Origin: an uncultured Gemmatimonadales bacterium
GTDB lineage: Bacteria; Gemmatimonadota; Gemmatimonadetes; Longimicrobiales; Gaopeijiaceae
Reading direction: 5' to 3'
DNA length: 64,000 nt
Assembly (NCBI GenBank): GCA_963809895.1
Contig: CAWELD010000003.1
Location: forward strand, 2,208,001 to 2,272,000
Positions 11,093 to 19,925 of this stretch are shown one piece after another (position 1 is the first letter of the stretch; every line of letters begins with the position of its first letter). Below the pieces are notes generated by a model. That model had not been told where the DNA came from and made no database searches. It worked only from the letters and a program-made list of their open reading frames with translations. The position numbers and the translations under genes were made by a program.

Positions 11093-11160
11093 CATTGGGC
11101 GTTTGTCAAGCGGTTCGTCGGAGCTTTGCACAAAGCCGAACCGCCCTGTAGCATCCGGTC

Positions 11161-12938
11161 ATGCGTACCTTCCTCATCGTCAGCCTGGTGGCCACTGCCT
11201 GTGCCCTTTCGCCGCCGCGGCGTGCCGCGGCCCAGAGCGCGGCGGCTCGATCCGACCCACCGCCGGCCATGGCGGCCTACCAGCGCCTGGCTCGGGAGAC
11301 GATCTCCGGCGAGCGCGCCAAGGACGTGGTGGCGTTCATGGATCACTGGTTCCGCCTGCCCGGGAACCACGGGTTCGATGCTTCGCTGGAGCGCGTGGTC
11401 GCGGCGCTGGAGGAGGCGGGCTACGTCGAGGAAGGGAGCACCGACGCCGGGACTGCCGGTGGTGCCCTGACCTATCGGCTGGAGCACCGCCCGCTCGAAC
11501 GGCCCACGTGGGAGCCCGTCTCCGCCACGCTCACGCTGGGTGGGGCCGACGACGCCGCTGCTCTCCTGGGCCACGAACCGGAACCTGGTGGCCATCAACT
11601 CCTATTCGACGCCGACCGGAGGGCGTCGAGGCCGAGGTGGTGGACGTGGGCGCGGGCGACGAGGCGGGCTTCGAGGGCAAGGACGTGGCGGGGAAGATCG
11701 TCTTCGGCGAGACGTCCGTCGGGCGGCTCTTCGCGGAGGCCGTGCAGAAGCGGGGCGCCCTGGGTGTCCTGGCGTACCGGATCCCGGCGTTCAATCACCC
11801 GGAAGAGCACCCGCACGTCATCTCCTTCTCCTCGATCCCCCAGGACTCGGTGGCGCGCTCGTGGGGACTGCTGCTCTCGTACGCGGCGCGAGAGTCACTG
11901 CGCGACGCCTTGCGCGCGGGTCCGGTGCGGGCACGCGTTCGCGTCGAGACTCGCGTCTATCCATCGGAGGAGCTGACGCTGGTGGCGGAGGTCCGGGGCA
12001 CCCGCGAGCCGGACGAACGGTTCGTGTACAGCGCCCACGTGCAGGAGCCCGGCGCCAACGACAACGCCACGGGCGTCGCCGACCTCTCGGAGGTCGCCCG
12101 CACGCTGGCCGCTGGCGTGCGCTCGGGCGTCGTTCACGCCCGCACGCACCATCACCATGATCTGGGGCGACGAGATCTCCTCCACCCGCCGTTATCTCCA
12201 GGAGGACTCCGTGCGCGCGCAGGGCGTGCGGTGGGGGCTCAGCCTGGACATGGTGGGCGAGGACACCGACAAGACCGGAGGCACCTTCCTCATCGAGAAG
12301 ATGCCGGACCCGTCGGCGGTGTGGACGCGGGGCGACGACCATCACACGGAGTGGGGCGGGAGTCCCATGACAGTGGACCAGCTCACCCCGCACTACTTCA
12401 ACGACTTCGTCCTCAACCGTTGCCTGGACCAGGGCGCGGACAACGGCTGGGTCGTGCGGACGAACCCCTTCGAAGGCGGAAGCGACCACGTCCCCTTCCT
12501 CCAGGCCGGAGTCCCCGGGGTCCTCTTCTGGCACTTCACCGACGTCTACTACCACACCGACGGCGACCGCGTCGGGATGGTGTCGCCCGTGACCCTGAAG
12601 AACGTGGGGGTGTGCGCCGCCGTCTCGGGGATGACCCTCGCCTCGGCCGACGAGGACGTCGCGTCGTTCGTGGTGCGGCGAGACGGAGAACGCCGCCCTG
12701 GACCGCCTCTCACGGGAGGAGGCGCTGAGCCGCGCCGCAGTGGCCGGAGGGCGGGGATCCCGCGGAGCAGCGCCGCATCCTGGAAGCGTGGGCGAGCTGG
12801 TACGACGGCGCTCTGGCCCATACCAGCGAGGTTCAGGTCGGTGGTTCGTCGGCCGCGGTGATGGAGTTGATCCGCAATGCGCGAGCGCGGGTCGCGGAGG
12901 CCGGACGACAGGCGGTCGCGGGGTTGGGAGGAGCCTGA
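11161..12938 (+). CDS. M28 family metallopeptidase with PA domain, split by several frameshifts
   Basis: Signal peptide, DVAGKIVF (PA), SAHVQEPGANDNATG, IWGDE, SLDMVG, GGSDHVPF and YYHTDGD spread across ORFs 11161+, 11540+, 11103+, 12157+; stop TGA at 12936-12938. Confidence 0.85.
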
Positions 12939-12951
12939 GTCACCTGCCATC

Positions 12952-13656
12952 ATGACCTCCGCTTCCGAATCCCTCGATCCGCACGAGCGGGACTTCACGC
13001 CCGCCGAGCAACGTCTGCTCCGAGCCAAGGCGCGCGACCTCCGTCAGCGCGCCGCCGGGGGACCCAAGGCCGTTGCTCTCGGAGCGGCGGTGATCGCCGC
13101 GCTGTGGCTGGCCACCCTGGTGGCGTCGGACGCACCCTGGCCCGTCGTCACCCTCTTCTGGACGGTCGTGGGCGGAGGGATCGTGGCCTGGGTGTGGCGC
13201 GATATCCGGCGGGACCTGGGTCACGCGTCCTCATGGGCTCGGCGGATGGAGACGGCGGCGGCCCGGGGCAGAGCCCGGGTGTGGGACATCGTCTCCACAC
13301 GATACGCGGAGTTCGAGGAGTACGAGGACGAGGGAGCCTGCTGGGCCTTCGACCTCGGATCAGGGCGCATCGTCTTCGTCACGGGACAGGAGTTCTATCC
13401 GGCGCCGGGCTTCCCCAGCCTGGACTTCTCGCTGGTCGATGCGGTCGACGACAACAGCCAGGTCGTGGACTCGTGGATCGAGAAGAGAGGCGAAGCGGTG
13501 GCACCGGACCGGGTCATTCCGCGCGAGGTGAAGCTGCGCCTGGACATCCCGGAACATCTCGCCGTGATCCGTGGCGATCTCGATGACCTCGAAGAGGCCC
13601 TCACATCTGGCTCCCATGAAGAACGGCCCCCCGGAGCAACCTCCGGAGAGCCGTAA
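12952..13656 (+). CDS. Hypothetical membrane protein (two TM helices)
   Basis: Open frame with GC-typical codon use, two hydrophobic segments and EFEEYEDEGACW motif. Confidence 0.65.
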   Translation: MTSASESLDPHERDFTPAEQRLLRAKARDLRQRAAGGPKAVALGAAVIAALWLATLVASDAPWPVVTLFWTVVGGGIVAWVWRDIRRDLGHASSWARRMETAAARGRARVWDIVSTRYAEFEEYEDEGACWAFDLGSGRIVFVTGQEFYPAPGFPSLDFSLVDAVDDNSQVVDSWIEKRGEAVAPDRVIPREVKLRLDIPEHLAVIRGDLDDLEEALTSGSHEERPPGATSGEP

Positions 13657-13662
13657 TCGAAG

Positions 13663-13708
13663 AGTGCGCCGCCAGGGACTCGAACCCCGAACCTACTGAT
13701 TAAGAGTC
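13663..13708 (-). repeat. att site (copy 1): 46-bp duplicate of the tRNA-Lys 3' half
   Basis: AGTGCGCCGCCAGGGACTCGAACCCCGAACCTACTGATTAAGAGTC identical to 25910-25955. Confidence 0.95.
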
Positions 13709-13813
13709 GGGCCCAGAGTCCCCCCAAGTGCGGGGAAATCCCATATCCCGCGCCGGTTCTGGCTGGAAGCTCCCGGGTTCCTGAATCCACCGATACGGGG
13801 GAATCCAGCAAAC

Positions 13814-13850
13814 AACCTGACACAGAACCTGACACACCTGGACAACCTGA
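13814..13850 (+). repeat. Candidate integrase arm-type sites (left)
   Basis: AACCTGACAC at 13814 and 13826 (12-bp period) plus a degenerate copy; matching pair at the right end. Confidence 0.65.
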
Positions 13851-14072
13851 AGTTTCGGCTGCCCAGGCCTGCCGCTCGCACCTCGAGCTCTCCGAGCGGG
13901 AGGCGGCGGGGCGCGCCTCGGAAGGGGTGTTCGGAGGCCGCATCGGCCTAGTAGTCAGATGGCCCATGGTGCGAATGCCAAGCATTACGGGCACTTCCCA
14001 CGCACTCCGCGATCGTCCGTGCCAGATCTCGTATCAGGTTCGACCGTTTCGCGGCAGGCGCGAGGGGGCCGC

Positions 14073-14492
14073 ATGACCACCAAGAAGCGGCAGTGCGCCG
14101 GGACGAACGCGTCCGGTGAACAATGTGCCTCCCCGATCGTGGGCACAGACGGCTACTGCGCAGCACATCGTCCCGGCGGGGACGCCAGGATGCGTGAGCT
14201 CGCGATGAGAGGCGCCTTGGCGTCCCAGAAGCCCAAGGGAGTGGATCCCGAGGTTCTCGGGCCCCTGCGGACGCACGACGACGCTCAGAGGTGGCTCGAA
14301 GAGATCGGGCGGGCGGTTGTCGTCGGGCATCTTCAGGACCGACCGGCCCGCGCCGGCATCCAGGCCGTGGAAGCTTGGGTGCGGGTGGAGGGCGAGCGCC
14401 TGACGATGGAAGTCGTTGAAGACCTGAGATCCGAAGTTGAGCGGCTGAAGCGAGAGGTCGCGAGCCGCCAGGAGTTGCGGGCGCTGGGATAG
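14073..14492 (+). CDS. CCCH zinc-finger protein with C-terminal coiled coil, candidate terminase small subunit
   Basis: RQCAGTNASGEQCASP..GYCAAH; coiled-coil tail EDLRSEVERLKREV; upstream of TerL. Confidence 0.55.
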   Translation: MTTKKRQCAGTNASGEQCASPIVGTDGYCAAHRPGGDARMRELAMRGALASQKPKGVDPEVLGPLRTHDDAQRWLEEIGRAVVVGHLQDRPARAGIQAVEAWVRVEGERLTMEVVEDLRSEVERLKREVASRQELRALG

Positions 14493-14878
14493 GCCAGTCA
14501 CGGTGGCGGATTCTGACACCGTGGCCGCCAGCTGGAGGATCCGGTCCCCCGGCGTACAACACACGGGATGGTCGTCGCACAAGGCGCAATCGACAAATCC
14601 GGGCAACGTCCCACCTGACGACCCGGTCCGGAGGAGCGCGCGCGACGAGCGGGCACGAGAGGAACCCGCGGGGGCTCAGCGAAGGCGGCCCCAAATCAAG
14701 AAGGCCCCGGCACGGCCGCCGATCATGCCACGGATCGGCGCGATCCCGGGACCTTCATGCTTCGCCACCGGAAAAGCGACGAAGACGCTGGGCGCGTTCT
14801 TCATTCTATAGCCCTTGGACCTGGGGAGCCACCCTCACGTATCCTCCGGCTAATGGGCGTGGCACGGCCAGGAGTCAC

Positions 14879-15178
14879 ATGTCGAGCAGACTCGAAACCG
14901 CAGAAAGGCCAGAAACGGCGCGGCATATCGTCCTCCGTGTCGGTGAGCTCATTGCCCGAGAAACCCCGACCGAGCTGGTCACGTGGCCCCTGTTGTGGAG
15001 CCTGGTTCGCGACTCCGTCGATGCCTTCTTCGATGCGGTGTGGGTGTTCGAGCACGACGACACGCCGGAAAACCGGGGGTCGGTCAATGCGGCCGTCGAC
15101 CGGCTCCTGGCTTCGTGGATCCTCGCCCGTACCCGCTGGGAAGATCAGCGGGATCCCGCCGAGAGAGGGACCGGATGA
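14879..15178 (+). CDS. Hypothetical protein coupled to terminase
   Basis: AGGAG RBS; ATGA overlap with TerL start. Confidence 0.6.
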   Translation: MSSRLETAERPETARHIVLRVGELIARETPTELVTWPLLWSLVRDSVDAFFDAVWVFEHDDTPENRGSVNAAVDRLLASWILARTRWEDQRDPAERGTG

Positions 15179-16671
15179 GGCTCCGGAATCTCGACACCTA
15201 CGTCCGGAAGATCCGCCGAGAGCTCCAGGACCTGGAAGTCCGGGCGGACGTGATCGACCAGTTCGGTCGCTATCGCGAGAACCCGGTTCTCTTCGCCCGG
15301 GAGGTGCTCGGAGCCGAAAGCGCCACCCGACGGAGCACGGGCGAGGCGTATCAGTGGACCATCCTCGAAGACCTCGTCGGCCACGACCGCGTGGCGGTCC
15401 GAAGTGGGCATGGGATCGGGAAGTCCACCCTGGATGCCTGGGCGGCGCTCTGGTGGACCCTCACACGCCCGTACAGTCGGGTAGTTGTCGTGGCCCCGGA
15501 GTTCTCGAGGCAGGTGCGGGCCGTGCTGTTCGCCGAAATCCGGAAGTGGGTGCAGCGGGCACCCGTGGCCCTTCCTCTCCAGGTGATGAGCAATCGGGTG
15601 ACCGTCGATGGACACGGTGACGAGTGGGGCGTGATCGGACTGCCGGCCACCGAGCCCCACCGAATAGAGGGGTTCCACGCCGAGGGCGGTGTGCTGCTGA
15701 TCTTGGATGAGACCAAGGGAATTCCCGATGCTGTCTACGACGCGCTCCAGGGCGCTCTGACCGGTGAAAGTGGCAACCGCCTCCTGGTGAGCTCGACACC
15801 CGGGGCCCCCACCGGGATCTTTCACCGAATCTTTGCCGATGCTCGGCACGCGTGGCGTCTCCACCATCTGCCCGCATCGGACAGTTCACTCGTCTCCGAA
15901 GCCTGGGTGGAGCAGCGTCGCGAGGAATGGGGCGAGGACTCGCCGATCTACGTCGCCCGAGTGCTCGGTGAATTCCCCGAAGACGAGGAGGGCGTCCTCT
16001 ACCGGCTCGGCCTCCTTGAGGCAGCCGTCGACCGGACGTTCCAACCCGAGAAGGATACTCAGCCGGCCGTCTTCCTCGGTGTGGACCCTGCGCGGTTCGG
16101 GCCCGATCGTACGGGGCTCGCGGTGTGGCGTGGTCGCCAGCTCGTGGAGCTCGAGAGCAGGCAGGGGATGGACATCATGGAGACCGCGTCCTGGATCTCG
16201 GCTCGGATTCGCGAGCACTCGGCCTCACGTGTGCGAGTCGACGGCATTGGAATCGGGGCCGGGCTCGTGGACCGCCTGCGGCAACTCGGTCACCCGGTTG
16301 AGGACGTGAACGTGGCCCGTGCAGCGTCCCAGCCCGAGCTATTCGTGAACCAGAAGGCGGAGCTCGCGTGGAGATTCAGGGAGGCCCTGGAGGCCGGTAG
16401 TATCGGGCTGCCGGATCACGAGGGGCTACTCGCCGAGCTCTCGGCCTTCAAGTACGACTACGATCCCAAGGGGCGGATCGTCATTGGGAAGAAGGGAGAG
16501 GTCCGACGGAGCCTCGGCCGGTCCCCGGATCTCGCCGACGCGGCCCTCTTGGGGTTTGGTGCCACCCTGAGCCCAGCGGGACGCTACGCCCTGATCGGAG
16601 GGATGATGATCGACACCGAGACGTGGGAGCGTGTCATTCGTCCGCCGAGGCCGACGTGGATTATCCGGTAA
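15175..16671 (+). CDS. terL: Phage terminase large subunit
   Basis: Walker A VAVRSGHGIGKST, Walker B LLILDE, coupling motif SSTP, RVLGEF, nuclease LGVDPARFGPD and SPDLADA. Confidence 0.92.
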   Translation: MRLRNLDTYVRKIRRELQDLEVRADVIDQFGRYRENPVLFAREVLGAESATRRSTGEAYQWTILEDLVGHDRVAVRSGHGIGKSTLDAWAALWWTLTRPYSRVVVVAPEFSRQVRAVLFAEIRKWVQRAPVALPLQVMSNRVTVDGHGDEWGVIGLPATEPHRIEGFHAEGGVLLILDETKGIPDAVYDALQGALTGESGNRLLVSSTPGAPTGIFHRIFADARHAWRLHHLPASDSSLVSEAWVEQRREEWGEDSPIYVARVLGEFPEDEEGVLYRLGLLEAAVDRTFQPEKDTQPAVFLGVDPARFGPDRTGLAVWRGRQLVELESRQGMDIMETASWISARIREHSASRVRVDGIGIGAGLVDRLRQLGHPVEDVNVARAASQPELFVNQKAELAWRFREALEAGSIGLPDHEGLLAELSAFKYDYDPKGRIVIGKKGEVRRSLGRSPDLADAALLGFGATLSPAGRYALIGGMMIDTETWERVIRPPRPTWIIR

Positions 16672-16697
16672 GAGGTGGAACCACCGGCAGGTCTGAT

Positions 16698-16928
16698 CTA
16701 AGGGCCCGTGACCCTCGGACCCAGAGTTGTCATCTCCTCGGCCACTCTGGCGACTTCCTCGGCATGGTGCCTCATGAACGTGGCGAGTGCAGCTCGATTC
16801 TCGAGACTCGGATCCGATCGTCCCGAGCTCCACCCCTTCACGGTGTCGTAGCCGACACCGACGCCCTCAGCGATCTCCTCAAGCGGCAAGTGCAGAAGAC
16901 GGAGCGCGCTCTTCGTGTAGTCACCCAT
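16698..16928 (-). CDS. XRE/Cro-like HTH regulator
   Basis: LEEIAEGVGVGYDTVKGWSSGRSDPS. Confidence 0.8.
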   Translation of the reverse strand: MGDYTKSALRLLHLPLEEIAEGVGVGYDTVKGWSSGRSDPSLENRAALATFMRHHAEEVARVAEEMTTLGPRVTGP

Positions 16929-16931
16929 TGA

Positions 16932-16982
16932 TACACTCTCGGTGTTGAGTTCTGTGCCCCAGGACGCTACACTTTCAGTGTT
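16932..16982. promoter_or_regulatory. Two palindromic operator-like sites between divergent genes
   Basis: TACACTCTCGGTGTT (16932-16946) and TACACTTTCAGTGTT (16968-16982), 13/15 identical. Confidence 0.6.
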
Positions 16983-17020
16983 AGCAGTGCAAGGGACGAG
17001 CCTCCAGCGAAGGCGGCACC

Positions 17021-17413
17021 ATGAGACGTGCGACTGCATCATCCGTGACCTGTCGACCAGCCCATGACATCGCCCGCCACCAGCTTCCCGATATCGAGGG
17101 GCAGAGCGCCAACGAGGTGTTGCACCAGGAATCCCGCAGGACGCTCGCACATGTACTTCGATATCGGCGCCTCCCGCAGCGGCTCCAGCTCGTGATCAAC
17201 GGTGCGGACGGTCCGATAGGCGTCGAGGCCGACGCGATCCAGGAAGCTCACGGGGTCACGCTGGTGATGCAGACGGCTCCAGAACAGGGGTTGCTGCCTC
17301 TGCGCGACGACAGCAGCGCTTGGGCCGAACTCGCGGCACGCTTTCTCAGGCCCGAGAACATCGATTCCGACGACCATGTGCCCTGTCAGGGGCAGCTGCT
17401 CCTTCTCCGTTGA
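17021..17413 (+). CDS. Hypothetical protein, divergent from the HTH gene
   Basis: 130-aa ORF with GAAGG RBS; no motif recognised. Confidence 0.4.
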   Translation: MRRATASSVTCRPAHDIARHQLPDIEGQSANEVLHQESRRTLAHVLRYRRLPQRLQLVINGADGPIGVEADAIQEAHGVTLVMQTAPEQGLLPLRDDSSAWAELAARFLRPENIDSDDHVPCQGQLLLLR

Positions 17414-17437
17414 CGCCGTGGCCAACTCGGATCCGTG

Positions 17438-17824
17438 CTAAAGCCCGCGGGGCTGCACAACACCGAGCTTCCCGTGCCCAAGGATTAGGTCACATCCGTC
17501 GGGACATCGGGGGCGAAGGACGACCTTCACAAAGTCATTGACCACACGGTTGTATTCCTCGACCGAGATTCTCGGGGGAGAGGGCGCCACCGGCACAGCG
17601 TTGCAGACGTACCATCCGGAATCCTCGTCGCTCCAGGCGAGCCAGAGACGAATGTGTCGCTCCCCCTCACGATCCCTCCGAAGATAGCGGATACTCTCCA
17701 CCATCGGGTCCACGGGAGGGTCGAGCAGGTGCTCCCATGCACCCGACTCATCGAACGGGGCCCGCAGGGCCGCCTCGGTCTTGCGCTTGTCGCCACAGAT
17801 TCTGGCTTCGCGATAGGTGGTCAC
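17438..17824 (-). CDS. Hypothetical protein
   Basis: Protein-like composition, YVCNAVP...ISVEEYNRVVNDF segment. Confidence 0.55.
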   Translation of the reverse strand: MTTYREARICGDKRKTEAALRAPFDESGAWEHLLDPPVDPMVESIRYLRRDREGERHIRLWLAWSDEDSGWYVCNAVPVAPSPPRISVEEYNRVVNDFVKVVLRPRCPDGCDLILGHGKLGVVQPRGL

Positions 17825-18119
17825 TCGTCCCCCATTGCACAGCGCGAGCCGGCATCAGGGCTCACCAATGTTCAGCGACTTGCCTCCTCAAGTATCGCCA
17901 CTCGGATGGCACGGATGAAGGTCCGGGAGGTGCCCGACCGGGCCGCTGCCTGGTACGGGGACGCCGCTCGGGTCCTCGGATCCGCCGGCGAGTTGGCTGG
18001 CCTGGATCGGAGGGGGCTGGGGCGGGTTGGAATCCAGCCGCGCGTTCTCCCTAGCCGCGAACTGGCTAGCCCTCCGAATCTTCCGCGGTCGACCCGCACC
18101 GCGTCAGCAAAAATTCTCC

Positions 18120-18148
18120 TTGACTGCGACTCGGCCTACGCGTAGGTT
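18120..18148 (+). promoter_or_regulatory. Sigma70-like promoter of the cargo cassette
   Basis: TTGACT-N17-TAGGTT; palindrome CCTACGCGTAGG (18135-18146) overlaps the -10. Confidence 0.55.
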
Positions 18149-18361
18149 GTCTATCGTCCCCCCCAGGACGGTTGGTCAGTGATCAAGTTCAACTCTGTGT
18201 GGATCTAGTGGGGAGGGGGGGATGACTAGCCTACCGAATCGACGTGACTTGGTAGGCATCTCCTGGCAACCTCTGCCGATACCCCATCACAGGTTTCTTC
18301 ACCTTGCGTCTCCTGGGGGGCGTATGTGCGTTCATCACCCACACACCGGAGGTTTGTCACC

Positions 18362-18814
18362 ATGAAGACGTCTCGCGTAGCTGGTGTCGGACTTGCCGCC
18401 GTCACTGCTCTAATGACGCTCGCGGCACTTCCCTCGCCTCGTAGTAGTACCACAGCCGCGGCAGAGAAGTGCGCCAAGTGTATGGACTACAACCACTGCA
18501 GCTGGTTCGATCCGCCTGTCGGGCGAAACACAAACTGCACCAACTTCCCCTGTGAATACACCGGGGAGGATTGCGGCGCCGTGACGCTCTACTTCAATCC
18601 AAATGTCGAGCGCCGAGAGATGCGTACCCGCAACGGGGGTTTCATCCGACTCGTTGGGGTCGATGATGGGCTGTTCGCGTCGTACTCCTGCGACCATGAA
18701 CTGATCGCCGTTGCGAGAGAGGCCGCCCCCGGTGAGCTGCAACTTGTCGATACTGGGCCGTTCCAACGCAACCTCAGTTGGGGTCGAGTCTCCGCCCAAC
18801 TTCTCGAGCAATAG
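18362..18814 (+). CDS. Secreted Cys-rich small protein
   Basis: GGAGG RBS, signal peptide, then C-x2-C-x5-C-x12-C-x4-C-x6-C. Confidence 0.7.
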   Translation: MKTSRVAGVGLAAVTALMTLAALPSPRSSTTAAAEKCAKCMDYNHCSWFDPPVGRNTNCTNFPCEYTGEDCGAVTLYFNPNVERREMRTRNGGFIRLVGVDDGLFASYSCDHELIAVAREAAPGELQLVDTGPFQRNLSWGRVSAQLLEQ

Positions 18815-18887
18815 AATCGGGCCGCATACCCCCCCAGGGGTCGATCTGACTTCCAGCACGAAAATCTTCTCAACGGGAGAGGCAGGG

Positions 18888-19925
18888 ATGTTGAACTCTT
18901 TGAGGGGCGGATCAATCCTCGTTGTCGCGAGCATGTGTGTTGTCGGGCTTCCTCAATGCCTGGCGGCTCAAGAGCATACGCTTTCAATCCAGGAACGATG
19001 GGAGACCCTCGGGCCGAAAGACGAACCCTTCGTGAACGTGAACGGCATGGCCGAGAGCCCTACCGGCGAGATCTGGATTTCAGACTCTGGAGCGGTGTGG
19101 CTTCTCGACAAGAATGGCGAGGTCCTGCGTCGTATTGGTGGCTCCGGCGAAGGCCCTGGGGAATTCCTCAGCCCTACACGCATTACCACGACGGCCGCCG
19201 GGATGATGGCCGTGCTAGATATTGTGAGGAGTTCGATTGAGCTCTTCCGCCCAGACGGCACGTTCGCGAAGCGGATCCTGCTCGAGGTCCAACCTTTCAA
19301 TGTTAAGGGGTTCGTGGCGGACGCAGACGACACCTTCCTCATCAGTGGCGGGATCTATTCCAAGGCATATGCTATCCATCGCTTTGATGGCGAGGGCCGA
19401 TGGATCGAAGGATTCGGAGACCTGCCGGTTCCCAAGGTGGCGAGCCCGGACAACTACGAGAACAGTCTACAAGTCACCGGTGGACCACTCGCGATCGGCG
19501 AAGACGGTAGACTGTTCTATAGCCAGGCGGCCCCTTTCGAAGTCGTCGCCTACGGGGAAGGAAGCCAGGCCCCGCGGGTCGTTGACCAGGAGGTCGATCT
19601 ATTGGCGCCGATCGTGGACAACTTCACCACGGAAACGATCGTGGATGGCGTCCGTCACATACGCCCACGCTGGTTCTTCGACCAATCGCGGGGCCTCAAT
19701 GTGATCCACGGAGGCTTGCTGAACAGTATCACCTACGAAGAGCGAGGGAGGACCCTATGGCGATACTACGACTCGGATGGCAACCTCCAAGCTACGAAGG
19801 TGTCACCTGACGAGTATTGGGTTTGGGGACGCACTGCCGATGGGGATCTTCTGGCATCACGATGGAACCTGGCGTCGGATGAAACTTCGGCGGTCCGACT
19901 CAGCGTTCGATTTGGCTCGCGATGA
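18888..19925 (+). CDS. Secreted 6-bladed beta-propeller (NHL/TolB-like) protein
   Basis: Signal peptide, IWISD, RIGGSGEGPGEF and repeated FDxxG motifs. Confidence 0.85.
   Translation: MLNSLRGGSILVVASMCVVGLPQCLAAQEHTLSIQERWETLGPKDEPFVNVNGMAESPTGEIWISDSGAVWLLDKNGEVLRRIGGSGEGPGEFLSPTRITTTAAGMMAVLDIVRSSIELFRPDGTFAKRILLEVQPFNVKGFVADADDTFLISGGIYSKAYAIHRFDGEGRWIEGFGDLPVPKVASPDNYENSLQVTGGPLAIGEDGRLFYSQAAPFEVVAYGEGSQAPRVVDQEVDLLAPIVDNFTTETIVDGVRHIRPRWFFDQSRGLNVIHGGLLNSITYEERGRTLWRYYDSDGNLQATKVSPDEYWVWGRTADGDLLASRWNLASDETSAVRLSVRFGSR

Noticed and set aside
13663..13708. Second tRNA gene
   Set aside because: Only the anticodon loop to 3' end is present with no D-arm or 5' acceptor strand; it is the att duplicate
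13811..13850. Mini CRISPR or iteron array
   Set aside because: Units are 10 bp with 2-bp gaps, no spacers, cas or rep gene; better explained as integrase arm sites
17905..18145. Short ORF with WYGDAARVL, vaguely like a DNA methylase N-terminus
   Set aside because: No catalytic or SAM-binding motif follows; too weak to call
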